DNA of 64,000 bases from positions 1 through 64,000 of the IMG/VR virus record IMGVR_UViG_3300002143_000153; one strand, given 5' to 3'. Positions 1 to 11,000 of the stretch are shown here, in pieces. Within the stretch, counting starts at the first letter, position 1; each line of letters starts with the position of its first letter. The position numbers and the translations under genes are program-made. The notes under the pieces are model-generated. The model was not told the origin of the DNA. It saw nothing but the letters and a program-made list of their open reading frames with translations, and searched no databases. Origin of the DNA: a virus.

Positions 1-929
1 AAGTAATTTCTAGTTGTTTGTTTCCTGGTATGCTAGTACCAATTTCTGAACTTTTACTAGAAGTTGAAAGAGTACTTTGTAATTTAGAAAATGCAGTAGG
101 TTCTCCGGCATTAATCTCAGCAGCTATTAATGCACAATGTATTACAAGTGCTGATACAAAATTAAACGGAACCGGTACTTATTCTTCTATACCTGGTTGG
201 GTTACTAGTCCAGAAACTTTAGCAGAATCAAATAAAAACTTATGGCTTGTTGTATGTGATATGTATGCAGCTATTGAAAATATTAAACTAACTTGTTGTC
301 CTGGAGCTTGTGATTCTATTATATATGATTTTACAGCCTCTTTAATAACAGATGCTCAAGGTATTCCTATATCAGCAAATATTGTATTTGAAACTTCTTT
401 TATACCAGTTGGTTATACTGACTGTCCTGGCTCTAGTAAGATTACTATTACAGACAAAAATAGTGTATCTACAACTACACTTTTTCCTATTGCATCAACA
501 GCAGGTTCACCTACAGGTATTATAATATCTTTGGGTGCTTTATTTAAATATGCAGATTTAACTGTATTGGTTGAATTCTGTACTACAAATGGTACGCATA
601 CTTGTAGTGAGTCTATAACTCAGATTATCCCATCTGATTTAATTTGTCCAAATGATTTAAATTTAGTTTCAGCTACAACTACTAGTTTAACAGTTACTTT
701 CACAAATGTTCTTGGAACAGCTGCTATTTATGATATTCAGCTTATTGCTGTTGGAACTGGTGTTATAGGTGGATCTGCTCTTATAACAAGTCCCGGAACG
801 ACAGTTTCTCAAGTTATAACAGGATTAACTTCTGGAACTCAATATCAAGCTGAAGTTCTTGTATCACTTGGTGGTAGTGGAAAAAATTGTGGTAATTTAG
901 GAAATCCTGAATTTACTACAGTACCATAA
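1..929 (+). CDS. Virion/structural protein, 5'-truncated, with Cys-containing region and C-terminal fibronectin type III-like domain
   Basis: The frame is open upstream of the TTG at 18 to the window edge. The C-terminal P.DL...SATTTSLTVTF...GLTSGTQYQAEV pattern is FN3-like. Confidence 0.6.
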   Translation, partial: VISSCLFPGMLVPISELLLEVERVLCNLENAVGSPALISAAINAQCITSADTKLNGTGTYSSIPGWVTSPETLAESNKNLWLVVCDMYAAIENIKLTCCPGACDSIIYDFTASLITDAQGIPISANIVFETSFIPVGYTDCPGSSKITITDKNSVSTTTLFPIASTAGSPTGIIISLGALFKYADLTVLVEFCTTNGTHTCSESITQIIPSDLICPNDLNLVSATTTSLTVTFTNVLGTAAIYDIQLIAVGTGVIGGSALITSPGTTVSQVITGLTSGTQYQAEVLVSLGGSGKNCGNLGNPEFTTVP

Positions 930-951
930 TAATATATAAATAATTAAAAAA

Positions 952-1515
952 ATGTCTTGTACTAATTGTAATAACTCTAGCCCTTGTGGCTGCAAAGATA
1001 CCTCCTTAACTACACCATGTGGTTATACTCAATGTGGTATAGGTAATGAAAGATGTGATGATGTTCAATGCGCAGAATGTGTTAGCTATTGCGGTACATC
1101 ATTTCAAGTAACTACTCCAGAAGGTGTTTTAAAAATAGACTCTGGAGAAAGATTGGATCAAATAATTCAAAAATTTGCTTTGATGATTGCAAATGGTTTA
1201 GGTGCTTGTAATGGTGACAATGTTCATCATGCACCTTATAACCTATATGCTGAAGGATCTACAAATACAACTATATCTATTATATGGAATGGTATATCAT
1301 CTTTAAGTGAAGGAGTACATATTTATTATGACACCGTTATAAGTCCATCAGGTTGGGTTCAAGCTAATACAACTTTATTGGATCCTGCTGTTTTAGATTT
1401 TACAATAATAACATTATCACCTAATACTGAGTATAAAATAAAACTAACCTCACTATATGGTATTATGGATAATGCATGTGATTCTGTGGAAATTCTTGTT
1501 ACCACATTAACGTAA
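952..1515 (+). CDS. Cys-rich N-terminus plus FN3-like domain, probable virion accessory protein
   Basis: Many Cys in the first 50 aa; AP.NL...TNTTISIIW...LSPNTEYKIKL is an FN3 signature. Confidence 0.6.
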   Translation: MSCTNCNNSSPCGCKDTSLTTPCGYTQCGIGNERCDDVQCAECVSYCGTSFQVTTPEGVLKIDSGERLDQIIQKFALMIANGLGACNGDNVHHAPYNLYAEGSTNTTISIIWNGISSLSEGVHIYYDTVISPSGWVQANTTLLDPAVLDFTIITLSPNTEYKIKLTSLYGIMDNACDSVEILVTTLT

Positions 1516-1560
1516 CAACAATAACGTGATGGTTTGTTGGTTTTCTATCACAAACGTTGG

Positions 1561-1590
1561 AAGAGGGTCCTTGCGGGGACCTTCTTTTTT
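1561..1590 (+). terminator. Rho-independent terminator
   Basis: AGAGGGTCC-TTGCGG-GGACCTTCT stem followed by a T-run, after the FN3 gene. Confidence 0.75.
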
Positions 1591-1606
1591 ATTAAAAAAT
1601 TAATTA

Positions 1607-1614
1607 TATATTTG
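1607..1614 (+). promoter_or_regulatory. Bacteroidota sigmaA-type -7 box (TAnnTTTG)
   Basis: TATATTTG about 20 nt upstream of ATG 1636, just after a terminator. Confidence 0.5.
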
Positions 1615-1635
1615 AAAAATTTATAAATCTTTATT

Positions 1636-2850
1636 ATGAGCAATTTAAAAAAAAGCATAATTGAAAGTTTACGTTGGAAAAAGTGTCCAACTTATTGTGC
1701 GGCAAGATTAGGGATAACTGAATCTCATTACATTAAATTAAAAAAAGAAGTTCTTTCAGAAAAGAAAAAAAACAGGTTTAAGTTTTTTCCTAAATCTTCA
1801 ACCAATTCACAATTAGCTGAATCAGTAAATTTAGAGAAAGGTGAAAAAACTATTTCAGGCACGTTTACAAATGAACCTAAATCTCCTGAAGAAATAATTA
1901 CACTACTTAATATAGACACAACACAATGGAAGTTGTCTCAGTATTGGAATAAACAAATGGGAGACCATTGGAGGGTATCTGCTTTAGTTACAAAACTAAA
2001 AGATTCATCTGAAACATTTATACAAGACTTATTAGAAAATTGGAAACCTAAAACATATAAGCTTCCTAAAACAAATATAAGCAAAGCAGATAAAGATATT
2101 GTTTGTGGTGTTTTGTCTTTACAGGATATACACTTTGGTAAAGAAGGTAATGAAACCGTAGACAAAGATTTTGAAGATACAATTAAAAACTTAATGAGAC
2201 GTGCTGCACCAAGTCATTATATAGAGAATCTATATTTTGTTGTAGGAGGCGATCTAATGAACATGGATACCTTTAGTGGTACAACTACTGCAGGAACACC
2301 CGTAGATAACTGTATGAGCTCTACAGAGGCTTATATACAAGCTTTCAATGCAATGCACTGGGCCATAAATTATGTTAAAGCTTTTTGTAATAAAATAACT
2401 GTGGTTTATATTCCGGGTAATCATGATAGATTATCTTCATTTCATTTGGTACACGCCTTATCAAAATCAATAGAATCAGATGAAATTGAATGGGATATTA
2501 AATATGAAGAAAGAAAAGTTCATGTTTATCATAATAACTTTAATGCATTTGAACATGGTGATAAATCTAGTAAGAACACACCTTTAATATATGCTAGTGA
2601 ATATCCTGAACAATGGGGTGCTACAAAAAACAGAACTTTGTTTAAAGGTCATATTCATACAGACAAGAAAACAGAATATTTAACTTCTAATGAGACAGCT
2701 GGTTTTATAGAAAAGAGTTTACCTAGCTTAGGTAAAACAGATTATTATCATTATTCCAATAAGTATACTTGTAATAGAAGATCTGGTAAATTAGAACTTC
2801 AAGATCCCATTATAGGTACAATAACGGAGTTAACTTATCAAGCACTATAA
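1636..2850 (+). CDS. Calcineurin-like metallophosphoesterase with N-terminal HTH-like segment
   Basis: Motifs DIHFG, GGD, GNHD, EHGD and GHIH in canonical order. Confidence 0.85.
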   Translation: MSNLKKSIIESLRWKKCPTYCAARLGITESHYIKLKKEVLSEKKKNRFKFFPKSSTNSQLAESVNLEKGEKTISGTFTNEPKSPEEIITLLNIDTTQWKLSQYWNKQMGDHWRVSALVTKLKDSSETFIQDLLENWKPKTYKLPKTNISKADKDIVCGVLSLQDIHFGKEGNETVDKDFEDTIKNLMRRAAPSHYIENLYFVVGGDLMNMDTFSGTTTAGTPVDNCMSSTEAYIQAFNAMHWAINYVKAFCNKITVVYIPGNHDRLSSFHLVHALSKSIESDEIEWDIKYEERKVHVYHNNFNAFEHGDKSSKNTPLIYASEYPEQWGATKNRTLFKGHIHTDKKTEYLTSNETAGFIEKSLPSLGKTDYYHYSNKYTCNRRSGKLELQDPIIGTITELTYQAL

Positions 2851-2889
2851 AGTTAAAAAATATAAACTTTTATAAGTGCTCTTTTTTTT

Positions 2890-2903
2890 GTAAATTAATA
2901 GTG
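2890..2903 (+). promoter_or_regulatory. Putative phage late-promoter motif GTAWATTAATAGTG
   Basis: GTAAATTAATAGTG 7 nt before ATG 2911; near-identical copies at 15980 (+) and 48194-48207 (-). Confidence 0.55.
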
Positions 2904-2910
2904 TGTATAT

Positions 2911-3477
2911 ATGATTAGTAATTTTAGAAAGCCTGATGTAAAAGCTCCTAGATACAGGAAGAAAACATTAAGTTTATTAAACAAACAAACAATTAAAGAA
3001 TTTAAAGATAAGAGACCCTTATATGCTCAAATAGACGATAACAAATTAAAGACAATAATTAAGTTATACAATAGAGCATTATGGGAAGGAGTAATAGAAC
3101 ATAGAGACGGTGTAGAACTACCTGATTCACTGGGTTATATATTTTTAGGAACATGCCCTCCAGCAAAAACTATTAATATAAATTTTTCAAAATCTAATGA
3201 ATACGGTAAAGTACTAAGGAATAAAAATTGGGATACGGATGGTAACATAGGTAAAATCTTTTACACTAACTGGTCTACAAAATACAGGTTTAAAAATAGA
3301 GAACTTTGGTCATTTGTAGCTTGCAGAGAATTTAAAAGAACAGTTGCTAAAGAGTATCCTGAGAACTGGACAAAATATATAAAGATGCAGAGTAAAATGA
3401 AAATCTCACATTTATATGATCCAGATCCTGAAACCACAAGTAAAGCACTTAAAGACTATGATGAATTTGAAACATAA
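2911..3477 (+). CDS. IHF/HU-like DNA-binding protein (crAss-like tail-module gene)
   Basis: Basic protein; LWEGVIEHRDGVELPDSLGYIF resembles the HU/IHF core; lies just before the ring/tube genes. Confidence 0.5.
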   Translation: MISNFRKPDVKAPRYRKKTLSLLNKQTIKEFKDKRPLYAQIDDNKLKTIIKLYNRALWEGVIEHRDGVELPDSLGYIFLGTCPPAKTININFSKSNEYGKVLRNKNWDTDGNIGKIFYTNWSTKYRFKNRELWSFVACREFKRTVAKEYPENWTKYIKMQSKMKISHLYDPDPETTSKALKDYDEFET

Positions 3478-3482
3478 ATATC

Positions 3483-4151
3483 ATGACAACAATAGGAGAA
3501 GTTATATCAAGAATAAGAGGTCAGGTAAAAGCAGAAGTACAAGATGCTTTTGTAACAGATAGATATATCTATAGCCTGATCCAAAAGTTTTCTCAACTAC
3601 TAATGAGAAGACAGGACAGTGCTAATAAATTAATGAAATTTAATTCTGTATGGCAAACATTACCATTTTTTGAATTAGTAGAAGTAGATAAGGTAGAAGC
3701 ATATTGTACAGGAATAAAAAGTAATTGTACAATTATGAGAACTAGAGATAAGTTACCTCATATGATTGAAGGTTACTGGGGACCATTAATTAGAACAGTG
3801 AGCTCCATTGATGGTTCTACTGAGCTACAAATAACTCAACCGGGAACATACACTTCTATGACCAATACTACATCTTTTAGATATAACAAGACTAAATACT
3901 TTTGGTATTTAAATGGTTATTTATATTTTCCAAATATAGAATGGGATGCTGTTAAAATAGAAGGTGTATTTGATGGAGATATTTCTGAGTGGACTTGTGA
4001 TAAAGATGAATGTATTCCAAGATACCAACAAAAGATAAATATACCAGAGGCATTATTTGCTGAAATAGAACAACAAGTTTTAGCTGTGATGACTAACACA
4101 TTGAGAATTCCAGCTGAAGATTCCGATAACAAAATTAATTTACATAGATAA
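3483..4151 (+). CDS. Tail ring/tubular (adaptor) protein
   Basis: MTTIGEVISRIR N-terminal helix, 222 aa, syntenic upstream of the muzzle gene as in crAss-like phages. Confidence 0.55.
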   Translation: MTTIGEVISRIRGQVKAEVQDAFVTDRYIYSLIQKFSQLLMRRQDSANKLMKFNSVWQTLPFFELVEVDKVEAYCTGIKSNCTIMRTRDKLPHMIEGYWGPLIRTVSSIDGSTELQITQPGTYTSMTNTTSFRYNKTKYFWYLNGYLYFPNIEWDAVKIEGVFDGDISEWTCDKDECIPRYQQKINIPEALFAEIEQQVLAVMTNTLRIPAEDSDNKINLHR

Positions 4152-5035
4152 TGTCCGTATCACATAAATATAGAACTTTTGATCAACTGTTAAATGACGT
4201 AGCAATTGATTTTTCCAGTTTTTCATTGGAAGGTTTCGTAGAACCCGCTCAACTTATTAAAGTTGCAACAAGAGTAAACTATGATTTAGGTTTAAAAATA
4301 CATAGAACTAAGCAACTTGTTTTAGAAATTGAACATAATAAAGCTAGACTACCTCATGATTTTGCATATTTAAACTATGCTTTTATTTGTGGTGAGTATA
4401 AGATTGAAACAGGTAGTATGCCTTCAGGTACACATACAGAAACTGTAAGTGTAAATTATGTACCGGAGCCTGGTAATACAGGACCGTGTGAAGATCCAAC
4501 TTGCAATGATGTTTGTATTGTAAAACCTTGCAAAGAAAATGACGGATATAAACTTATTCAAAGAATAAATACTAGTCAGTATAAAGAATACACTGCATTT
4601 TCTCCATTAAGAATTGGAACTGTAAATGATGCAACTTGTGATTGTCCTAATATTAATACAACTTCTTCAAACATTGGTGAAATTAAAGATGGTTTTTTAA
4701 AAACAAATTTTAAGACAGGTAAAGTTTATATAAATTTCCAAGGGGCAATGGAAGATAACGAAGGTAACTTACTTGTATTAGATCATCCTTATTGTAATGA
4801 GTATTATGAGTATGCTATTAAACAAAGGATACTTGAGAATATGATGTTTGCTGGTGAGAATGTTGGAAACCAAATGGGTTTAATTGAACAAAGACTTAGA
4901 GCTGCAAGAAACAACGCTTTAAGTTTTATGAATACACCAGACTTTGCAGAAATGAAAAAAATGTGGGAAGTAAATAGGAAAGCTCAATACCACAATTATT
5001 ATAATATGTTTAAGAGTACACCTACATTAAGATAA
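4151..5035 (+). CDS. Tail ring/tubular protein
   Basis: TAATG-coupled to the previous gene; ARLPHDF motif and helical ends typical of ring/adaptor proteins; synteny. Confidence 0.5.
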   Translation: MSVSHKYRTFDQLLNDVAIDFSSFSLEGFVEPAQLIKVATRVNYDLGLKIHRTKQLVLEIEHNKARLPHDFAYLNYAFICGEYKIETGSMPSGTHTETVSVNYVPEPGNTGPCEDPTCNDVCIVKPCKENDGYKLIQRINTSQYKEYTAFSPLRIGTVNDATCDCPNINTTSSNIGEIKDGFLKTNFKTGKVYINFQGAMEDNEGNLLVLDHPYCNEYYEYAIKQRILENMMFAGENVGNQMGLIEQRLRAARNNALSFMNTPDFAEMKKMWEVNRKAQYHNYYNMFKSTPTLR

Positions 5036-5039
5036 TACC

Positions 5040-8000
5040 ATGGCAAAGAAGAATAGTTCATCGCAAAATAACGGATCATCTTTTCAAAATACTTCTAGTG
5101 TAGATACTAGAGTGTTTTTGAAAGGTATGGTTAAGGACATGAATGCTTCTTATCAAGCAAAAGAGTCTTGGTCTCACGCGCGTAATGCTGCAAATAATTC
5201 TGTAGATGGGGATTTAGGGCTTATTGGTAATGAGCCAGCAAATTTAGCATGTGCTAAAGTACCATATACTATTATAGGCGCTATACATACGTATTCTGAT
5301 CAATGGGTTTTATATTCAACGGATGATGTAAATTCTGAGATAGGTTTATTTGATGATAGTAAATGTGAGTACATAACTCTTGTTAATGATCCCTGTTTAA
5401 ATTTTAACAAGAAACATTTAATTGTTGGTGCTGCAAAAGAAAATTTTGACTGTACTTGGCAAACATATTGGGATGATGGTAACAATCCATCTAGAACTCT
5501 TAATATAAATGATATACCTTGGAAGCAAGTTTGTACAGATGAGAATAACGTAGTTCTTCCGGGCCCACCTAATTATAATTCTGTTGGATGTATAACCTGT
5601 GTTGACACAACAGACTTAGATTGTGAAAAGATAAGAATAGCTCCATTAGTTGATACACCATGTATTACATTAAATAAAGGAGAAAGTGGAGGTCAGTTAA
5701 GAAATGGATCATATCAAGTTTTTATAGCATACACTGTAAACGAACAAAAAGTAACAGATTATATTGGTGTATCTAATATTCAACCTTTATTTGATCATAA
5801 TGATTTATCAGGATCATTAAAAATTACAGTATCAAATTTAGATAAAGAATTTGAGTACTATGAACTTGTAATTTTTTCAAATAATCAAAACCAAAGTGTA
5901 GCTAAAAGAATTGGTTTATATAGTACTGAACAAACAGATATTGAAATTGACTATATTGATCAATCATTAATTACTGTACCATTACAGCTAATACCTTTAA
6001 GATCACCGGCTTATGAGAAATCAGATTCAATGTATGTTGTAAATGATTATTTAATAAGACAAGGCCCAACAGAACAATTTGATTTTAATTACCAATCATT
6101 AGCAAATAAGATTAGAGCTAAATGGTTAGTTGCTGAATATCCTGCTGCTTATTATTACAAGGGTGGTAATAAGACAAGTTTTATGAGAGATGAACAATAC
6201 TCATTTTTTATTAGATGGATTTATAATACAGGTGAAAGATCTAGTTCATATCACATTCCAGGCAGAGCACCTAAAATAAATGGTAGAAATCAGTTTGGTA
6301 AAATTGTAGATGAAACAGCTGTTAATATTGGAACAGACTCATTAGCAAATGATGAGATGAATTTCCAAATTTATAATACAGCAACTGAGACTGCAACTGG
6401 TTTAGTTAAACCAACAGGTGATGGGGGTATTATAATTGCAAAAGGAGATATGGCTTATTGGCAATCTTCTGAAAAATATCCAGCAACAAGACCTGATATA
6501 TGGGGTAATCTTTGCGGTAAATATATTAGGCATCATAAAATGCCTACAGAAGAAATTTCAGCTAATCTTCAAATATCAACTACTAATGGTACAACAATAA
6601 GATTGTTAGGTGTTGAATTTGAAAACATAGCACCACCTCTAGATAACAATGGTGATCTTATTACTAATATTGTTGGTTATGAAATATTAAGAGGTTCAAG
6701 AGAAGGCAATAAATCTATTCTTGCAAAAGGTATATTTAGAAATATGCGTACCTATAATATACCTGATGGGGGTCAAACTCTAGGTAATACTACAGGATTA
6801 TACCCGAACTACCCTTATAATGATTTAAGACCTGATGTATATTTCCATGATGGTAATGCTGATCCAGATACACATAGAACAGATGGTTGCAATACATTTT
6901 TTGAATCTGTAAGAGATTATAAACCTTTAACTGGTTATAAAAAAGATTATTTTACATTTCACTCTCCAGAGTTAATGTTTAGAAGACCTTTTTTAAGTGC
7001 TTATGAAACTAGAATTTACGGAGAACTTGATGGGCAAAGTGTAGGTCATTTTATTAAATCAGAAAATCATCCTCAGAATAAATTACTTAGAAACTCCGCT
7101 GCTGTATTAGGTGGTGCTATTGGTATAGGTTATGCAATTAATCAAGTTCAAGGTACAAGACAATTTAATTACAATGGTCCTAAATTAGCTGCTCCATTTC
7201 CATTAGGTGTTGATCCTGTTAGTTATGGGCTTGCTTTAATTACTTTAAATGCTGTAGGTGTTGCTACTACTGTTGTAGATACGGTTTTGGATGTTTTATT
7301 AAGCGAGGCTGCAGATATAGCATCTATAGTTGATGGTGGTACTTTTGCATTTGCTTCAACTCAAGGAAAAGCCATAAGTGACTTTGCACTTGGTGGAACA
7401 CCTGGTATGATAGGTGGTAGTAAAGATGAGATATATACATTTGACAATCCTACATCTAATTTACCTAAAATATTTAAACTTATTCTTGGTGTTGCAATTG
7501 GTGCTGTTAATATTGGTATTGGCGCACAAGAAATAATAGATCTTATATATAATCAAGCTGACGAAGACGATTTTGCATTTAAATATAACTCTCATGGTTT
7601 TTATGATCAGTTTACTACTAGAGGTATTAATAAAAGATTTAGAACAAAGAATAAAAGTTCTAATTTTATAAAAAATACTTTTCAAGAATTTGAAGGTTAT
7701 AAGGTAAACAATTTGTTTAGACCTATGACTGTAGCCATAGCAACAGAACAGACATTAGAAGATCCAACAATAGTTGATAAATCTAGATATACTATAGGGG
7801 GTGATGCTGATAATGATTTTGGAAATACTTATTTGAGAAATCCAGATCAAGAACAAACAAAAAATATATCTGTAATATACGGTGCTTTAAAATATAATTT
7901 TAAAAATCAATATGGTCAGTTAGATGGCATCAAACAAATTCAAATGAGAGGTTGTGTTGAGCTGATAGATGTCAAACGTAAACAAGATAAATTTGTATCT

Positions 8001-11000
8001 TCTCCAATTTTTTCAGGTGATGTCTACATTAATAGATATACAGAAAAAACAATAATGCCAATATTTGCTGATTTTTTAAATGGTCAACCTAATCAATATG
8101 TTTATGATTATTTATCAAGAGTAAATATTCCTTATCCAAGATTTTGGATGGATACAAGAACTTTTGATGCTACAGCTTTAGGCAGAGACATTACAACTTT
8201 AGGCTTTTTTAGTGGAGGTGATTCTTTACCAAATGATTTATTTTATTTAGATAGAGGTAATACAAGTTGTAATCACAAGGTCTTAGGTAATATATTACCT
8301 AATATAGGTGATAAAACTGATTTAAATAAAATATTTTCTATGACTACAGCCTACATGTATACACATGTTAACGGTGTTCAAGATTTCTTTGTTGAATCAG
8401 AATATAATTTAGCTCATAGAGATTGGAAAGATGAACCAAAAGGTAGACATTATGATGCTTATGAATATACTAATGTTGATGATCTATTTCACGCGGATAT
8501 AATTAAAGAAGGTAATTTATATAATTATGATTTATCTTTAAGTATTACTAAAACAATATCTCAAGTAACATCTTTTGGTAATGTACAACCTAGAGACTAT
8601 GATCCTTTAGTTGCTGAAAATTGCTATCAGTATTATCCTAAAAGATTAATATACTCTTTACAGGCTCAAAAGGAAGCAAAGAAAGATTTTTGGAAAGTAT
8701 TCCTTGCTGATAATTATAAAGATTTTAAGAATAAAGTTAATGTAATTAAACCTATTAATAAAAGCGGAGCCATTATATTTTTTCCTTATCAATCTCCGCA
8801 AATGTTTCAAGGGGTTGATCAATTAGAAACAGATCTAGGAACTAAAATAACTCTTGGTGATGGTGGTTTATTTAGTCAAGCATTTCAAAATGTTGCAAAT
8901 TCAGATCTTTCAAATGAGTATGGTTCATCTGAGAGTGCGCGTTCTGTAGTTAATACTCCTGCTGGTATATTTTATTTATCACAAGCTCAAGGTAAAGTAT
9001 TTAATATGTCAAATCAGTTAGATAATATTGCTAATGCTGGGATGAAATGGTGGTTTAATAAATACTTACCATCTACATTAATTAGACAATATCCTGATTT
9101 AGAATTTAGTAAACTATCAGATAATCCAGTAATAGGTATTGGTTGTCAAACTATATATGATTCAAATGATGACATAGTTTATTTTATGAAGAAAGATTTT
9201 TCTGTTAAAGAAGAATTTAAAACTAATATTAATTTTGAAGATGATCAATTTGTTCTAAGACGTACTGTAAACTCTAGACCTATACCTTTAGTAATTGGAG
9301 ATTCTAATTACTTTGATAGTACTTCTTGGACTGTATCATATGATCCTAAAGCTAAAGCTTGGATATCATTCCATGATTGGTTTCCAGAATTGTCTTTACC
9401 AAGCATAAATCATTTCTTAACCACCAATACGGTTACAACAGATATACCTTATTGTCCTCCTGGTTATACATTTAATCCTGAGACTAAACAATGTGAAAAT
9501 ATAAAGAGAGAGATTATACCAGCTAAGACTACTGTACATGAAATATTATCTTCTATAAATGGCGATTGTCTTCTTGATATTGTAATAGCAATGGATGATT
9601 CAGCTAGTGTAAATTCAAATAATATATTTCAAGCACAGAAAGATTTTGTTCAAAGCTTTTTAACAAGTTCTGTTATAGCAAATGGTATGAGCGCTGGTGA
9701 TATACAAGTTGGCTTTACAAGATTTAATAGTCAAACTACAAGTAGCATGAATCCTAATGGATATAGCATGAGTAACACAGTTACACCTGCTCAGGTTGAT
9801 TTATATTATACTCCAGCTGGCGGTTTCTTTACCGAAATTTGTGATGGTATGACTCAAGCTGATATTAAAATAAAAGATGTAAATAATTCTCAATTACTAT
9901 CTAGAACAGGAGATCCAAATTTTAAATCTATATTAATAGTTATAACAAATGGTGACACTACTGAGTGTCAAGGTATACCTAGTGGAAGTAATCCTAGTTT
10001 TCCTACATTTGGTTGTAATCAAATACTAGGTCAACCTAATTATGAAATCTACGGTGTATTCTGTAGTCCAACAACACCAACATTAAATGCGGGTGCTTTG
10101 GATATTATGAATGCTATAACTTGTGGTACGCCAGAACGTCAATTAATAATTGTTTCAAATGGTGGTTATGCTGAAAATGATCCAGGCTTTGTTGCAAGAG
10201 AATTTTCAGAAACTATTTGCCCAGGTGATTGTAATTGTCCTGAAGGATACACATTAGTATACAAAAATCAGAATGGCTATTATACTGATAGTTACGGTCT
10301 TTGTGATCCTAATAATCCTCCTATCTGTAGAAAAGTAGAGTGTGAATGTGTTGGTAACTGTACACCCATAGAAACAAGTGGTGGGTGTGCTGGCTATACT
10401 GTTTATGATATAGGTGATCCAGCATATATAAATCCTCAACCTTTATTATGTAATTGTTTTACTGGAAAAACTACAGCTCCAAGTTATGAACTAAGTGGTT
10501 TATGGAGACATAACTACAGATGTGATTTATATAGTAACTACTATGATGTTGATTACCCATGGGAAGTTGAGATAATTGAAAACACAGGACAAGAAGTTAC
10601 AACTTTAAGAAGTGTTGAATATCAATTAGAATCTTATGTTTACAAAGGAGATTTACACCATGGATGTGCAGATGATAGATGGCATGATTTAGATTTCAAT
10701 TTTGATGAATCTATAATTCATAACTCAGAACAAGTTTCCGGCCTACTAAGATTGGAACTTAATCCTAAAGAAGATCCTTATGGTATGTTACAGTATCCAA
10801 TAATTGGAGCTGCTGATATGAGAATCCTTTATTCTAAAGAAGAACAAAAATATAGATTTAATCAATTTTGGGATGCTACAGAAGATAGAGGTGAATTTAG
10901 TGCAGCTGAAAGAAGTATATTTATTACACAACTAAATGGGTATATCAGAGATTTAAACGCTGCTAATTTAAACTATAACAAGGATCCATTCCAACATAAA

